From: Marsupella aquatica
Lineage: Eukaryota > Plantae > Marchantiophyta
Length of the DNA: 64,000 nt
Direction: 5' to 3'
NCBI GenBank assembly: GCA_973895155.1
Contig: OZ316892.1
Span: forward strand, 15,244,861 to 15,308,860
The notes below the pieces were generated by a model. The model saw only the letters and a program-made list of their open reading frames with translations. It did no database searches and was not told the origin of the DNA. How positions within the stretch are numbered: the stretch's first letter is position 1; each line of letters begins with the position of its first letter. A program made the translations under genes and the position numbers. Positions 1 to 13,297 of this stretch are shown piece by piece.

Positions 1-522
1 AAAAGCCGGGTATGTCGCAAAGAGTCCATAACTAGGACTTACAACCGGATTCCCGCAAGAGCAGTTCACCGGTACTTGTAATAATTCTCCTTGGTCGATC
101 AATGTGTTAGCGGTTATACCATTCGCTTGGCTAATCCAATCTGACTGAGACAAGCCTTCAAATATGCTATCTGCGATTCTGATAATGGTGTCGTCCAGCT
201 GCACTGAATACGTGTAACTGTGGCTCAAGAAACCGTCCAAGCACTCGCAAGGAAATGGAAAAAGGATAAAGTCGCCACTTAGAATGACGTTCTGCAAACC
301 TATGGCATTATAAATCTGCACGTCAGCTAAGGTAGTCTGGAACCGATTAACCAAACTAAGCAGATCGTCTCCCCTTTGTACCGTGTAATATGCCAATGCC
401 GTGCTGCAACCCTTTCGCGGCACACATGCGCTTTCTAGAAGTTGTATCCAGTTGTAGAAGCAGTACACAACGATAACCATTGACCACAACCATGGCCTCT
501 TCTTCACTATTCTATTCCTCAT
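1..522 (-). CDS. LysM-domain receptor (CERK1/LYK-like), N-terminal ectodomain; runs off the left edge
   Basis: Manual translation from ATG at 522: MRNRIVKKRPWLWSMVIVVYCFYNWIQLLESACVPRKGCSTALAYYTVQRGDDLLSLVNRFQTT...FPFPCECLDGFLSHSYTYSVQLDDTIIRIA...LQVPVNCSCGNPVVSPSYGLFATYPAF. It has a signal-like N-terminus, LysM repeats separated by CxC motifs, and the 'VPVNCSCG..VS..YGLF.TYP' signature of CERK1/LYK ectodomains. The kinase domain is not in the window. Confidence 0.9.
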   Translation of the reverse strand, partial: MRNRIVKKRPWLWSMVIVVYCFYNWIQLLESACVPRKGCSTALAYYTVQRGDDLLSLVNRFQTTLADVQIYNAIGLQNVILSGDFILFPFPCECLDGFLSHSYTYSVQLDDTIIRIADSIFEGLSQSDWISQANGITANTLIDQGELLQVPVNCSCGNPVVSPSYGLFATYPAF

Positions 523-2330
523 TGCCTCAAGAACAGTCCACGATCCAAAATCCTCGCATCCAAAAATTATCTACCGTGTCTTCTTTTAACTCAGCCTCTC
601 CGAACTCGTTCTTTGGACCCTGCAGCTCATCCCCCTTCTGTCACTTCTTCTACAGACCTCGTTATTCGTGGAATTCCGCCCCGCTCCCCCGCCTCCACCA
701 CCTACTTGCTCAACTCATCCGTCCTCCGTGAATACCCTGCCCCTCTTCACACGGCATGGCTCCCTCCACCGCGTACCGTACAGCAGCTTACTGGACCGTA
801 CTGGCGAACGAAGTCTCCTCTAGTCAATAGAGCCTGCTCATCGAGTCAAAAGGCGCATCACATCACACTCACCGATGACCGATGTCTTCTCAACTCGAGG
901 CAGCACTCCACATCATCAGTCCTGATAACTCACGAGTCACACTCACTACTCTTTCCTACCTAAACCCCGGTGAGCCCCGGTCCTACCTGCGTTCTCTCGT
1001 ACTTGCGTTGTGCAGCAGTAGTCTCGTCATAGCTCGGATGGCCACCTACACCTACTAGTCTTAGTGTACCGTCATGATCAACGATACCATCAGCTCTCCA
1101 GTAGTCCCTCTCGCCCTTCCGCTTGGACATCATCCTTCTTTACAATCACTTCGGTCCCTCACTCAACCTCCGTGACGAAGCACAGTCGATCGTTCTGTGT
1201 CCCTCCACTAACTCTTCGTTCGTGTCTGCATACTCCTAGACAGACGATCCTGCTCATCAATTTCCTGCAGGCGACTGAGACACAGAAGAGCAACAGCTGA
1301 TGAGGTCGATTGTGCATTAATTTGGTTTCTTCTTCCTCCCTCTTCCCATGTGTTCTTGTTTGCACCAGCAGGAGCATGTTGCCGCCCTCGAAGGTTCGTA
1401 GTTTCATTCGTTTCCGAGAAGCAGGAACTCAACAACTTACCGTACTGCCATTTGACTAGGCGCGTTTGCTTTTCTTATTTTTCCCAACCTTCACTACCAT
1501 CAATTTAATTTCAGGGTCTTGTGGGCCAAAAAAAAACTTGGACGAATATCAAAACAACCCCCAATGTAGATTGTACTCAGGAGCTCTCTTTTGCATGCTG
1601 GGTCCAAGTCCAAGTCATAATGCAACATTGGTCATTGTTTCTACACCTTCTTCCGCAAGTGACTTGCAAGGTACATTGGCGGGTATCTCTCTCTCTACAC
1701 ATACACACTCTGCACACCCAGGCGATGAAGGGTTTTGAACATAAGCCTGGCAGTTCCAAGTCTCAATCCCCTGGCCACATGAGCTGGATCACTAGTTCTC
1801 ACTCAAGTGCTTCATGTTTTAAAACATTTCCAAGATACTAAATATGCACTTCATTAGAATACCATATAACATTAGAAAAAATCCGATTCTTTATGTATTT
1901 TACCTAAATCTCTGAAGAGATGGGGAGATCACTTGAGTATAGACTATGTTATGACACCCCCTTTGCATCCATTATATTCACATTTAGTACAGGGCGCTTT
2001 CGGATTTCTACATATTATAACCTTGTTTCAGAAAATGAAACAATTATTGAAATCTCCAAAACTTGTGAAGGGTGAAGAAGGAGATTTTAATTAAGCTTAC
2101 ATGAGATCGAAATGACGGTTTTGGGCTTAGAATATAGAATAGGAAGTTGCAACGACTGACGTTGGTGTAAAGGTCCATGCTGTAAGGAGCAATGTTCAGG
2201 GTAAGTGTGTGTAGTACTTAGAGGAAAAACAATTTATTGCCAAGTACTTGACAGAGAGTAATCGATTTGGATTGACAGTCCTCAGGGACTGTCAACGTCA
2301 GCATGCCCTTGGCATGAATTTCTCTTCGGT

Positions 2331-2428
2331 ATGTGCTAAGGATATGAGGATATGTGTATGCTAAGGATATGAGGATGTGTGTATGCTAAGGATATGAGGA
2401 TACGGTTGTGGGCTAGGGATATGAGGAT
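2331..2428. repeat. Short tandem repeat, ~24-bp unit (gtgtatgctaaggatatgaggat) x4
   Basis: Core 'gcta(a/g)ggatatgaggat' occurs four times in succession. Confidence 0.85.
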
Positions 2429-4011
2429 TAGGACACCTGGTGCTGAGGAAGTGAATATGTCAATCTGGACTGAAAGATCACTTGCTTAGGAAAGGAACTC
2501 AGCGACAAGATCAAGATCAGGTTTTGATTCGTCAATTACGAAACCAAAGACTGTCCAAGAAAGATGAGTTTTGTTTCTATAGGTGAAGGACGTGAGGTGT
2601 CTGCTCAAATTACAAAAGCTCATAGAAATCAGCAGACACTCTCTCACTGTCAACAACGTAACGAGGTGCCGCGGAAAAAAGCTAGAAAAGCTACATTGAG
2701 CATCGTTTTAAAGTTAGCACGAAGTTAGAAAGATGTTAGTCAATGGTTGGGAATTCAGTGATGACAATTATAACAATTCCACCTACGATTATCACTATTA
2801 CAAAGAAAATTGGAAGACCAACAATTTAACAAGCTACTATAATGTGAGTGTGACGTGAGACGACTGTAACTCTGTGAAAATTTATATGTCGAGTACTGAC
2901 ACTTCCATATTATGGCCATGAGTCACCCACGGAAACACGTAAAGTATACATCTCCAGGTTTCTTCACGGATTGTTAAAGTCGGCATGCATAATTCTGAAA
3001 ACAGTGTACAACTGTAATTTCAGACGTTGCTTCTTAAATTTACAATACCATTTTTCATATTTCACAAACCATGTTCAGGTGGCCTTGTAGCCCGAAACAT
3101 CCAACGACGAACCATGTTCAGGTGGCTTTCTAGTGACTATAGGCCCATCTCCTAGGCCGAACCGAGTAGTCCATCTCCACTGTCCTTTGCAGATTTTCAA
3201 GACTACGGAAAACAGATTTGGTTTTGCAAGTCGTTCCAGACTTTCTAACCGTAAAAGTTCGAAAATCAGGACGGCCAAACTTGAACTTCGGGGACGCCAC
3301 GGAAGAAATGCTGTAACTCTAGAGTCAATGAGTTAGTTCAAATTGACCGCTTGACCCAAAATGAGCCATCACAAGGCTCAAGTAAAAAGCATGCTTTTAC
3401 AGATTCACTACTTCACAGGCCTTCCAGGCATTTGGGCATATCGAAAAGAAGACATTTGTAGTGTGGGAAAGAATAATATTACCCCGGTTGAGTATGAAAG
3501 TACTAGCCCTAACATAACCGAACAACTGCCCTTCGTTACAACATCTGAACAGAAATTTGACGCAAATGATCTAACCATGAAGCGTTTTGCATAAAAGACG
3601 CACACAAAACGTCTAAAGAATGACGCAACTTACCCTCACTCCAAAAATTTTCGAGCAGCTTCAGTGTTCATTTCATCTGGCAAAACTTGCAAAATACTGC
3701 CGACAGCCTACCAATACATAATACCAAGTGGTAAACATTTTGCTACTGGATCCGAGGCAATGTGGAAGCTGTTTTCGAAGTGTCATTCGACTTCAGTGCA
3801 ATACCTCTAGCATTTCACTACATCACTACATCGAAAGTCCCATAACCCAAGATATCAATAATTCAGTGATTCAATACTCAGTCGATGTTTGAACTTGCAG
3901 GAAATGAAGCAAAAATTCCACAAAGTAACTACCACGTGTTGAACCCACGTACATGTCAAAGGGGATGAAGCATTTTAAGCAGATCATGGGAAGATGATTG
4001 ATGCAGGTAGA

Positions 4012-4548
4012 TCATATAAAACTGGAGCAAGCCCAATCAGCTGGCCAAGACAAATTTTCTGTACAGAAAGATACCTTTGCGAGCAACCCTGAAAAGGTCA
4101 TGGCATCTTTGTCCCCATCGGCAAGAGAGTTGCATACAGGAGGAACTTGAAAGAGATCAACGCTGAGTGACTTAGACAGGAACCCCACTTCAAACCAGAT
4201 GATGTTCGGGTTGTTCTTGTCAACCTCGATACTTGTGATTGACACCCAGAAGAACTCTTTGGCCTGAATACCAGCGAGATTCTTGATCTGTCCATAGCTC
4301 AACTGGCCTGTGATAGACTCCTTGTAGTAAACATTCTCTGAGCCAATTTTGGTTGTGCACGCAGAATCCAGGGTCACTTCAAACTTACCATTCTCAGATA
4401 TAGAGTAACTCTTCACTATTCCAGGCAGTAAACCCTTGGGCAGTCCATTCTCCACCAAAATCTCAACTACACTGTTCGTAGCTAGTGTCTCAACCACAAG
4501 TATGGCGAGAACAACCACAGCAAATATAGAACTGACAAAGGTGGCCAT
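4012..4548 (-). CDS. DUF538 family protein with signal peptide
   Basis: 'EILVENGLPKGLLP...VKSY...GKFEV.L...C...Y...ITG.LSYGQI.NL.GI.AKEFFWVSI..I' is the DUF538 pattern. A probable donor (AAG|GTATC) at ~4075 means the true C-terminus may lie in a further exon. Confidence 0.88.
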   Translation of the reverse strand: MATFVSSIFAVVVLAILVVETLATNSVVEILVENGLPKGLLPGIVKSYSISENGKFEVTLDSACTTKIGSENVYYKESITGQLSYGQIKNLAGIQAKEFFWVSITSIEVDKNNPNIIWFEVGFLSKSLSVDLFQVPPVCNSLADGDKDAMTFSGLLAKVSFCTENLSWPADWACSSFI

Positions 4549-6338
4549 GAGACCTTATTCACCTTCTTGAGCAAGTAAGCAACCACCAACACCCCTGACC
4601 TCCAACCTGCATGAAAAATGGCCCGTACTCACTGTAACGGGAGCTTTGCAAATTCTCAAGGTGCAACAGAGCAGACTGTTCGCAAGGCTCAAAATTAAGT
4701 AGAAATGGCTCAAAATGCCCTGAGCCACGTCTTTATAAGATACTCAACTCTGCTCTCCCTGTAAAGCAGGGAAGCAGAGCAAATTCGGAAGGAAGGCAAG
4801 GCAAGAAAACCCCATCCTCGTGCGAAGCAAAGACAACTTGTCTGTGTTTCAAGGCTGTGAAGGTAAGTGTCGACAGAAAGGAACTCCCGACCGCAGGAAA
4901 CAAATGGTCTGTTAATCATGAGAAGACTTGAGTAAAGGAACGCAATGTAATTTGAAGTTGCAACTGCTGCCCCTTAGCCCTGTTTGTAGCAATGACTTTC
5001 GTAGATTGGAAAACCACTTCAGTATTGAATATAACATCTGTAGAGAACATTTACGTGTCATCTTGATGACTAAAACTATCCTGCACAGTCCATAATGGAA
5101 CATCTGTGGAGTGACATGACTAGGCTTGTAAACTCTTGACTGAAACAACTTAAATCAATTATTATATACTCACCGTATTAAGACCTATTTCACGTAATAT
5201 ACCCTTGAAGGTTCCAACCCTTTAATAGAAGAAACGCAGAGTACGGACGCATTGTATCATTCATGCGGCATCCCATCGACAAAACCCCACGCTAATTCCT
5301 TCGAATATCGCATTCACTATCCAGCAAAGCCCCCATCAGGCCAGATGAATACCATCGTAGTTCCTGAATACATGCTCGCTTTGTGCTAGCAATGTTCATT
5401 TTAGAGCTCATCGAATTTAAGAAATCAATTGAACGCGGGGCACGACTTCGAATTGCTCTGGGAGACTGCAACGCAAGGCAACCCCATTACACAAAAGAGC
5501 CTTGTGAACATGACACCTAAAAAGTGTGGCAACAACTGTCTGACCTACTGCGATAACTCTCCCGGAACGAGAGTTTGGAGTAATAACTAAGAGTATTGCA
5601 GAGACGAGAGTAATTACTCTCAGAAGGAGAGTACTGAAATTGATTACTGAGGGTATTGCAGCCGTTCTGAGATCCTAATCCCTGAAAGAGGCCACAATTC
5701 TACATAATCCTGTACTTACTTTTAAGGCGGACTAAACGGACCTCTCAATGCCTCACAAAGAAGAAGCAACAGGTCAGACAGCAGGTCCTCACTGATAAAA
5801 TCTAGATCCGGATGAGGGCTCGAGTGATAGGAAAAATTCAAAAGTGCTCGAGTATTAAGCAAACAATCCGAGGCTCCCAGATCACCGGAGCAAGCAACAC
5901 AGTCGTGGTGAAAGTCCAAAATCATCAAAACAAGAAAGGATCCAACTCGACATACTCTCCTCGGGAAAGGCTACTGAACGTACCAGTTTCACGCAGAAGA
6001 AAACTCGAAGCAGAAGCAGAAGCGGCCGGATGTACAGCCACAGTAGCACCACGCTGCTGATGCTAAATTGAGAAGTCCGGGCTCACTCACGGTCTTGCCT
6101 AGAACATAGTGGCACACAGAGGCCACAAGGGAATTGGCTCTGGTTCTTATGGAAAGTACAGTATTTGGGCTGAGGTGCTGGACGACTCCGGCGCATCGTC
6201 CCAAGCTCTCGCGGCTTCGATACCCAATCATCTACCGTTGGCGAAACTCCTCGTCTTTTGACACTTTACTTTAACCGCTACTGTACATCGTCAAACCTGG
6301 TTCACCATCAATCAATCAATTGCATATATATCAGAGCG

Positions 6339-6385
6339 ACATGGTCCAAAAGTTACATGGTCCAAAAGTGACATAGTTCAAAAGG
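6339..6385. repeat. 16-bp tandem repeat (acatggtccaaaagt) x3
   Basis: acatggtccaaaagtt acatggtccaaaagtg acatagttcaaaagg seen directly. Confidence 0.75.
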
Positions 6386-6570
6386 CAAAGCAAAGGGGAA
6401 GGAACATGGCCCCGAGAAGACCAAAGTGGTCCATCATTTATAACTTATTTTAAAATTTTGTAGGAGATTGAAACTAAAGCCCTTCTGGACTCATCTTTGG
6501 TCATCCCCATGATGGACTCCTAGGTTGTCTCTAGTGATCCTGAGATGGACTTTAGGTTGTCTCTAGTTAT

Positions 6571-6894
6571 TGTGAGGAGAAATTAGATAAGGAAAAACAC
6601 TCTAAACATACACGTGCTCAATAGTTACGTGGTTTGCTTCAAGGTTGGCTACATCCACGGGAAGACCAAGCTTTATTAATGGTTATGTGTCTACTCAAGC
6701 ATCACCATAGCTCCCATCTCTTCAAGCTCTCATCTCTTGCTATATCATTATGTTCTCTCTTAAGAACTCTCTTGTGTTTTCTCACACCACATAGAAGTTG
6801 AAGAGATAAGGACCAATCTCTTCAACTAGGGTTTACTCTAACCCTAGTTAACATACTAACCATAGTTCAACCCAAAACTGAGTTAACCTCTACA
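6571..6894 (-). repeat. Copia 3' LTR
   Basis: Aligns end to end with 12295-12618; about 13 substitutions counted by eye. Confidence 0.95.
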
Positions 6895-7088
6895 AACTCC
6901 CCCTTGACTCACGTCTTGGGAGGGTTCATAACATTGTCTTTTCCTTACAAGTTCCTCCGTGGGAAGTTCAAGACAGTAGGGCCAAAAGACCCTCTCCCTA
7001 ATGCAAGGGTTAACTAGAACTAAGCCGTAGCCGATAAGCCATCGGATGGAGTACTCATATAGAGACATTTTCTTGGTTAACTCTATAT

Positions 7089-10000
7089 TTATAATACTTG
7101 TAAATAATTACAATGCCTTGAAAAACTATTGGAGTCTAATACTTTGGTAAAAGTATCCGTTGGATTAAGCTTTCCATCAATCTTGACAAGCTCAAACTCA
7201 TCATCCGATAATGCCTGTCGGATGAAATGATAGCGGACATCAATGTGCTTTACCTTGCCATCCATCACCTGATTCTTGGCAGTGTAAATTACACTTTGAC
7301 TATCACAATGAAGATAGACACAATCTTGTGATAAGCCCATCTCTGTGACAAGCTTTTTCAACCAAATGATCTCTGATGCTGCTTCTGCTGCCGCTACATA
7401 CTCGGCATCCATAGTAGACTTTGCAACACACTTTTGGAGAGTAGACTTCTAACTAATGCAACCACCATCAAGTGTAAATACATATCCAGTTGTCGATCTC
7501 CTCTTATCCAGATCACCTGCGTAGTCTGCATCCACATAACCTTGAAGCACTTTCATATTGTTTGAACTTGCATCAAACAATAAACCCTTCTTAGTGGAAC
7601 CTCTGATGTAGCGCAAAATCCATTTCACTGCTTCCTAATGAACTTTTCCTGGATTTGCCATGTATCTGCTTACCTTGCTAACGGTATAAGCTATGTCTGG
7701 TCGGGTGCATACCATGAGATACATTAAACTACCCACAGCACTTTCATAAGGAACTTTGGACATCAAACTTTTTTTTGTCGCATCCGATGGACAAAATGCT
7801 GCAGAAATATTGAATTGCCTTGCCAAAGGAACACTCATAGCCTTAGCATCTGCCATGTTGAATTTTGAGAGTACCTTCTCTGCATATCTTTTTTGCGTCA
7901 GCCAAAGTTTGGCTTTGTTAACATCCCTAACAATCTCCATGCCTAGGATCCTCTTGGCTGTGCCCAAATCCTTCATCTTAAACTCAGAACTGAGTTGGGC
8001 CTTAAGCTTATCAACTTCGCCCCTATCTTGTGCTGCAATGAGCATGTCATCCACATAAAGTACAAGGATGACAAGCTTAAAACCTGTGTTGTTCACATGC
8101 CTGATGTAAACACATGGATCGTACACGCTTCGCACAAATCCAAGCGATTAAAAAAATTCATCAAAACGCTTGTTTCACTGCCTTGGGCTCTGCTTTAATC
8201 CATACAAGGATTTTAGCAATCTGCATACCAAATTTTCCTTGCCCTTTTGCACAAAACCCTCTGGTTGCCTCATGTAAATCACCTCATCCAATGATCCATA
8301 TAAGAATGTCGTGACAACATCCATTTGATCTAAAACCAGATCAAATAAAACTACAAGAGCACATAGCAAACGTATTGTTGAATACTTTGCTACGGGTGAA
8401 AAAATCTCATTGTAATCTATACCTTTCTGTTGAGTAAAACCCTTGGCTATCAACCGAGCCTTAAATATCTTCTCAACATCCTCCGTGGGTCCATCTTTCT
8501 TCCTATACACCCACTTGCTGTCAATAGCCTGCTTGTCACTAGGGAGACTTGTGAGTTCCCAAGTCTTGTTATCATGAAGTGATTTCATTTCCATGCGCAT
8601 CGCCATCTACCACTGTTGTTTCTCCATAGAAGCTAGGACCTCTCAAAATGAGGATGGATCTCCATCTTTTGTCACCAATGCATCAATAGATTCTTCATCC
8701 AAATCCACTTGATCAGAAGGAAGCCAAGTTCCATACCTTTTCTGGGCTTGACGTTTGCGAGTTTCTCTTCGCACTGAAGACTTTGGCTGATCTGATTGTA
8801 GTGTGCTTTGCCTTACAGTAGTGTCAACATATTCTTCATTTGACACATTCTCTCCTCTTAAATCCTCTAGAGGAGGAGATTGCACTTTGTTAGTAGTAGG
8901 GAATTGATCTATCTCCCCCTCCTTCAATGATTTGTCTTCATTGAAGGATACATCCCGACTAACAAGTAACTTGCAATCAACTGGATCCCACAATCGATAT
9001 CCTTTAACATCACGCTGATAACCAAGAAAAATGCATTTCTGGGCTCGAGGATCTAACTTAGTCCTATTGTTGCTAGGAACATGTGCATATGCTTCACAAC
9101 CAAAAACCTTAAGCTTTGAATAATCAGCAGGTCGATTGTGCCATAGCTCAAAGGGGGTTTTGTAAATAATTGCCTGACTAGGAGAGAGATTTACTAGATA
9201 AGCAGCTATGTTGACAGCTTCCGCCCAAAAGATTTATGGCAATTTAGAGTGGCTCAACATGCTCCTTGCTCGCTCCAACAATGTGCGGTTGAGTCGCTCA
9301 GCAACATCATTTTGCTCAGGAGTGTACACAGTTATGAGATGGTGAGTAATTCCCTTATTTGCACAATACGTGTTGAACTCGCCAGAGGTGTATTCACCAC
9401 CATTATCTGATCATAGATATCTCATATTCTTCGCAGTCTGTGTCTCAACTTGAGCTACCCATTGTTTGAAGATGGAAAGCACTTCAAACTTAATATGGGC
9501 AATGAAGTAAATCCAAACAAACCTTGAGTAATCATCGATAAACGATACATAGTATTGTTTGCCTGAATGTGAGGAAACCGGAGCAGGACCCCACACATCG
9601 GAATGAATATACTCAAATACAACTTTAGAATGATGAATGGCAATCGGAAATGGAGTTCTTGTTTTCTTGCCGAGAATGCAATGATCACAAAAACTCAACT
9701 TGCATGCTTGCAATTCTAATAGGAGATGTCGCTTGTGTAGGATTTCCAAACTTTTTTCACTCATGTGACCAAGCCGAGCATGCCATAAATTGATTTTCTC
9801 CTCCTGAGATGTGACTAAATTGACTTCGGCAAGAAGGGTGCCTTCCAAGACATAGATGTTTCTTTTCCTCTTGTCAATAAGAACTTCATTTGATCTGTGC
9901 GTAACTGTTAATACCCCATCAGTTGCACTCCATTGATAACCCTTCGCATCCAAGTAGCCAAGAGAAATTAAATTCTTACACATTTCTGGAATGTGTTTGA

Positions 10001-11125
10001 CATTTGATAGAGTACAATACTTGCCACCGGGTAGTTGAATCTTTACGGATCCAATCCCTAAAACTTTGCAAGAATGATTATTTCCCATCAAAACAGATCT
10101 GTTGATAGAAGTGTAGGATGAGAAAAGTTCACGCATATAACACATGTGATACGAGCAAGCGGAATCCAAGATCCATTGACAATCCTCAACTTGGGAAGTG
10201 GTACACAATGCAAATCCTTCACTATCATCTTCTCGAACAACTACTTGGGCTGAAGAACCAGCAACTTTCTTGAATGTGTCTTTCACGCGACAATCCTTCT
10301 TCATGTGGCCCACTTTGTCACACTTCCAACACTTTATCTCACGAGTAAACTTGGATGGTGATTTGGATCGAGATCTAGATCTGGATCTAAATCTCCTCCT
10401 ACCAAAGGATCGGTCGTGGAACCTTCCTCGCTCCATGGGAAGTGGGTTAAACCGTTTATTTTCATGAGATGGCTCCCTTGTTTTGCCTCTTTCTACCAAT
10501 AGTGCAGTTGATGATGAGGTTGAGGTAGGATGAGCTGAAGAAACCAGCTTAGACTGCATATCATCGGTCAACAGGGCACTCACTACATCATTGTAGGATA
10601 TAGTTATCTTATCACGGAATAGAAGAACTCGAGACAAAGATTGGTACGAAGGTGGTAGTGAGCTCAAGAATTGTAAGGATTTCTTTTCTTCGCTCAAATG
10701 CTCCCCCAAATTCTCTAGGTCAACCACAAGATCATTGAACTGATCGATATGATCTTGAATCTTGAATCTCCATCAGCCATTTTGAATTCCATGAGCTTCA
10801 GGCTTGCATACATTTGGTTTGACATCTCCTTCTTGTAGTACTTGTTGCGCAATGCTTGAAACAAGTCCGTCACCGTTTGTGTTGCTTTTTCCTCGAACTG
10901 CTTCTTCACATTGTTTTTGAGGTACATGCCAACAATACTTACCGCTTGATCCTGGAGATCATGCCAATCATCATTTTCCATCTCCTTGGGTTGAGATCTT
11001 AGTACCTTGCCTAGGCCCATCGCCCTAAGTGCATCCCTCACGTTACGTTCCCACATTGTATAGTCCATCCGACCATCAAATTTTTCCACCTTAAACTTTT
11101 GACCTCCAATCCTAGTAGTCGCCAT
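7089..11125 (-). pseudogene. Copia gag-pol polyprotein, broken by stops and frameshifts
   Basis: Gag 'KFKVEKFDG'; zinc knuckle CWKCDKVGHMKKDC; protease WILDSACSYHM; pre-integrase LWHARLGHMSE; integrase IHSDVWGP..FIDDYSR; RT LYVDDML; RNase H 'LHCDSQS..KHIDVRYHFIR'. Split across at least six ORFs. Confidence 0.95.
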
Positions 11126-12294
11126 CGCTGGAATGCCAAATGTACTGTGGAGTCACCTTCCGACAAGAAATAAACGTCGAATGCTCAGATGTGGGGTGTG
11201 AAAATAAGGCCAAAAATGAAAGTTGGTGAATTTTGAAACTGATCACTCCTATGTGTAGCCCACAAGGTAACGCTCCAAATTCTGAAAACAGTTTGTCAAA
11301 TGGACTCTCGAGTGCCGAGAATTTTTACTCCGACCGGAGGGGGGTAAAAGATGAAATAATTACCCCTCGAGGGAATCTCTTATTCCAAAGATTCCACTAG
11401 TATACTTTTTCAGAATCGAACGCACCAATACTTGCCTAGCTTCCCCAAGTACGCCTCTCCAAAAGTTGAAGTTGATCCAATTTTATTTGCCGCTCAGAAT
11501 CTTTGACCTTCTGTAAAAATTTAAGCCTCTGGAAAAGAATCTTTTCGGGAAATTCCGTCCGCCCTTGTACAACCCCTGTGGGGGACTTCACAGGGGGCAC
11601 TTCCCCCTGCCCGAGCCATGTCGAGCCCTAAGAGGCCTCCTCGAAGTTTTCGACCTCCTCGCGCGTCCGCGGAAGTCGCGACTACTCGCGGCAGAAAGTA
11701 CCCCTCGGCGGATTCACTCAAATTCCCGTCTCAGTTTTTGACGAAATCCAATTCTGATTTCAGATTCAGAAACTAGACTTCGAGGGCATCAAGATTGATA
11801 TAAAGAACTCTCAAAACGATGGAGTAATGAGGGAGAAACAATTCGGTGAAAGTGACTGATATTAAGTCATCCGCCATAGCCAAAATTTCGAGCTCAAAAA
11901 ATGAGAATTGAAATTAAGATTGCTTCTCAACCGTTTGACGGAATTCAACGATGTTGATATCGAAACGTCTAGAAAGACAAGGCGCTCAAGCGTATCTTAG
12001 TTTCAAGTCCGGATAGAACAATCAAAAAGACTGATCTGAGAAATTGACCTTATCTCTTGCCCGATAATGTAAATTGAAAACTGTCACTTACAATTGTTTC
12101 CGTTTATGACCTCAGGCCTTCATTGCTTCACTGAAATGAGCCCCTGGTTGTGTATTCCACACTTGTGAGAAGATTGAGTCCGATCTTCTTTCAATAGCTC
12201 CGCTTCGAAGAGGAATCATCCGTCGTTCGCTTTGCTTGAAGCAAGTTCTATGGAGTTCCTAATCGACTGAAAAAATCTGAGCTCATATACCAAT

Positions 12295-12618
12295 TGTGGG
12301 GAGAAATCAGATCAAGAAAAACACTCCAAACATACACGTGCTCAATAGTTACGTGGTTTGCCTCAAGGTTGGCTACGTCCACGGGAAGACCAAGCTTTAT
12401 TAACGGTTATGGGTCTACTCAAGCATCACCATAGCTCCCATCTCTTCAAGCTCTCATCTCTTGCTATATCACTGTGTTCTCTCTTGAGAACTCTCTTGTG
12501 TTTTCTCACACCACATAGAAGTTGAAGAGATAAGGACCAATCTCTTCAACTAGGGTTTACTCTAACCCTAGTTAACATACTAACCATAGTTCAACCCAAG
12601 ACTGAGTTAACCTCTACA
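12295..12618 (-). repeat. Copia 5' LTR
   Basis: Adjacent to the PBS; TG...CA ends; followed by the TSD GTTAT. Confidence 0.95.
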
Positions 12619-13212
12619 GTTATCCCCATGGAGTGTGATAGGACACAAACTACTTTACACTTCTACTAGATACTCTAACTACAATTGGATGGTAAATGCT
12701 CTCATTGGTTATTTATCTACATTTATGTTCACGAAAAAGATGGTGTCATCTAAAAGTCCATTGATAACCTGGATAGAATGAATGGAGGTTCACATTTTGT
12801 GTATGTTTAAAATCTCTAATAGCTCCGCAATGGCAAAGTACTTGAAGCACTCTTTGTAACAAGAGCAACGCAATTGTAAAATATAATTTTTGGTAGCTTT
12901 GTAACGGAACAAAATACTCAAGGGACTCATTGGAGTAGGGCTCTCTGAAAAATATGATTTGGCAACAATATTCCTGCAATTTAAAATCTCAGGTGCCCTG
13001 CACCAAGAAAATTAGTCAAAACCCCCTTACAACAAAAGAAATGCTCTTAAAAAATAGGATTTTTCAACAATACTCATGCAAATTAAAATTTCCTTTAGCT
13101 CCGCAACAACTAAATTCCTAGTAACAAGAGCAATGTTCTATGACAAACAACATTCTACAACAGCATGTTTGGAACTTGTCATATAGTCATATTGCAAAAT
13201 ATGGATGCCCTT

Positions 13213-13297
13213 AGTCACGGAACTTGACTACATTAACACTTAGCTCCAACGTCACTGACTCCGATGCCGAGCTCCTATGTGCATGGTCCAAGCCGGT
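13213..13297 (+). mobile_element. Truncated 5' end of a chromovirus LTR (family of 22118-30814)
   Basis: AGTCACGGAACTTGACTACATTAACACTTAGCTCCAACGTCACTGACTCCGATGCCGAGCTC matches the sense-strand LTR start AGTCGCGGAACTCGACTACCTTAACACTTAGCTCCGGCGTCGCTGACTCCGACGCCGAGCTC. Confidence 0.85.

Larger units (their letters stand above)
6571..12618 (-). mobile_element. Full-length decayed Ty1/copia LTR retrotransposon
   Basis: 324-bp LTRs at 6571-6894 and 12295-12618 with TG...CA ends. TSD GTTAT at 6566-6570 and 12619-12623. Degenerate tRNA-Met PBS (TGGTATATGAGC, 12281-12292, -). PPT (AAGGGGGAGTT) next to 6894. Internal order gag-PR-IN-RT-RH. Confidence 0.96.
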
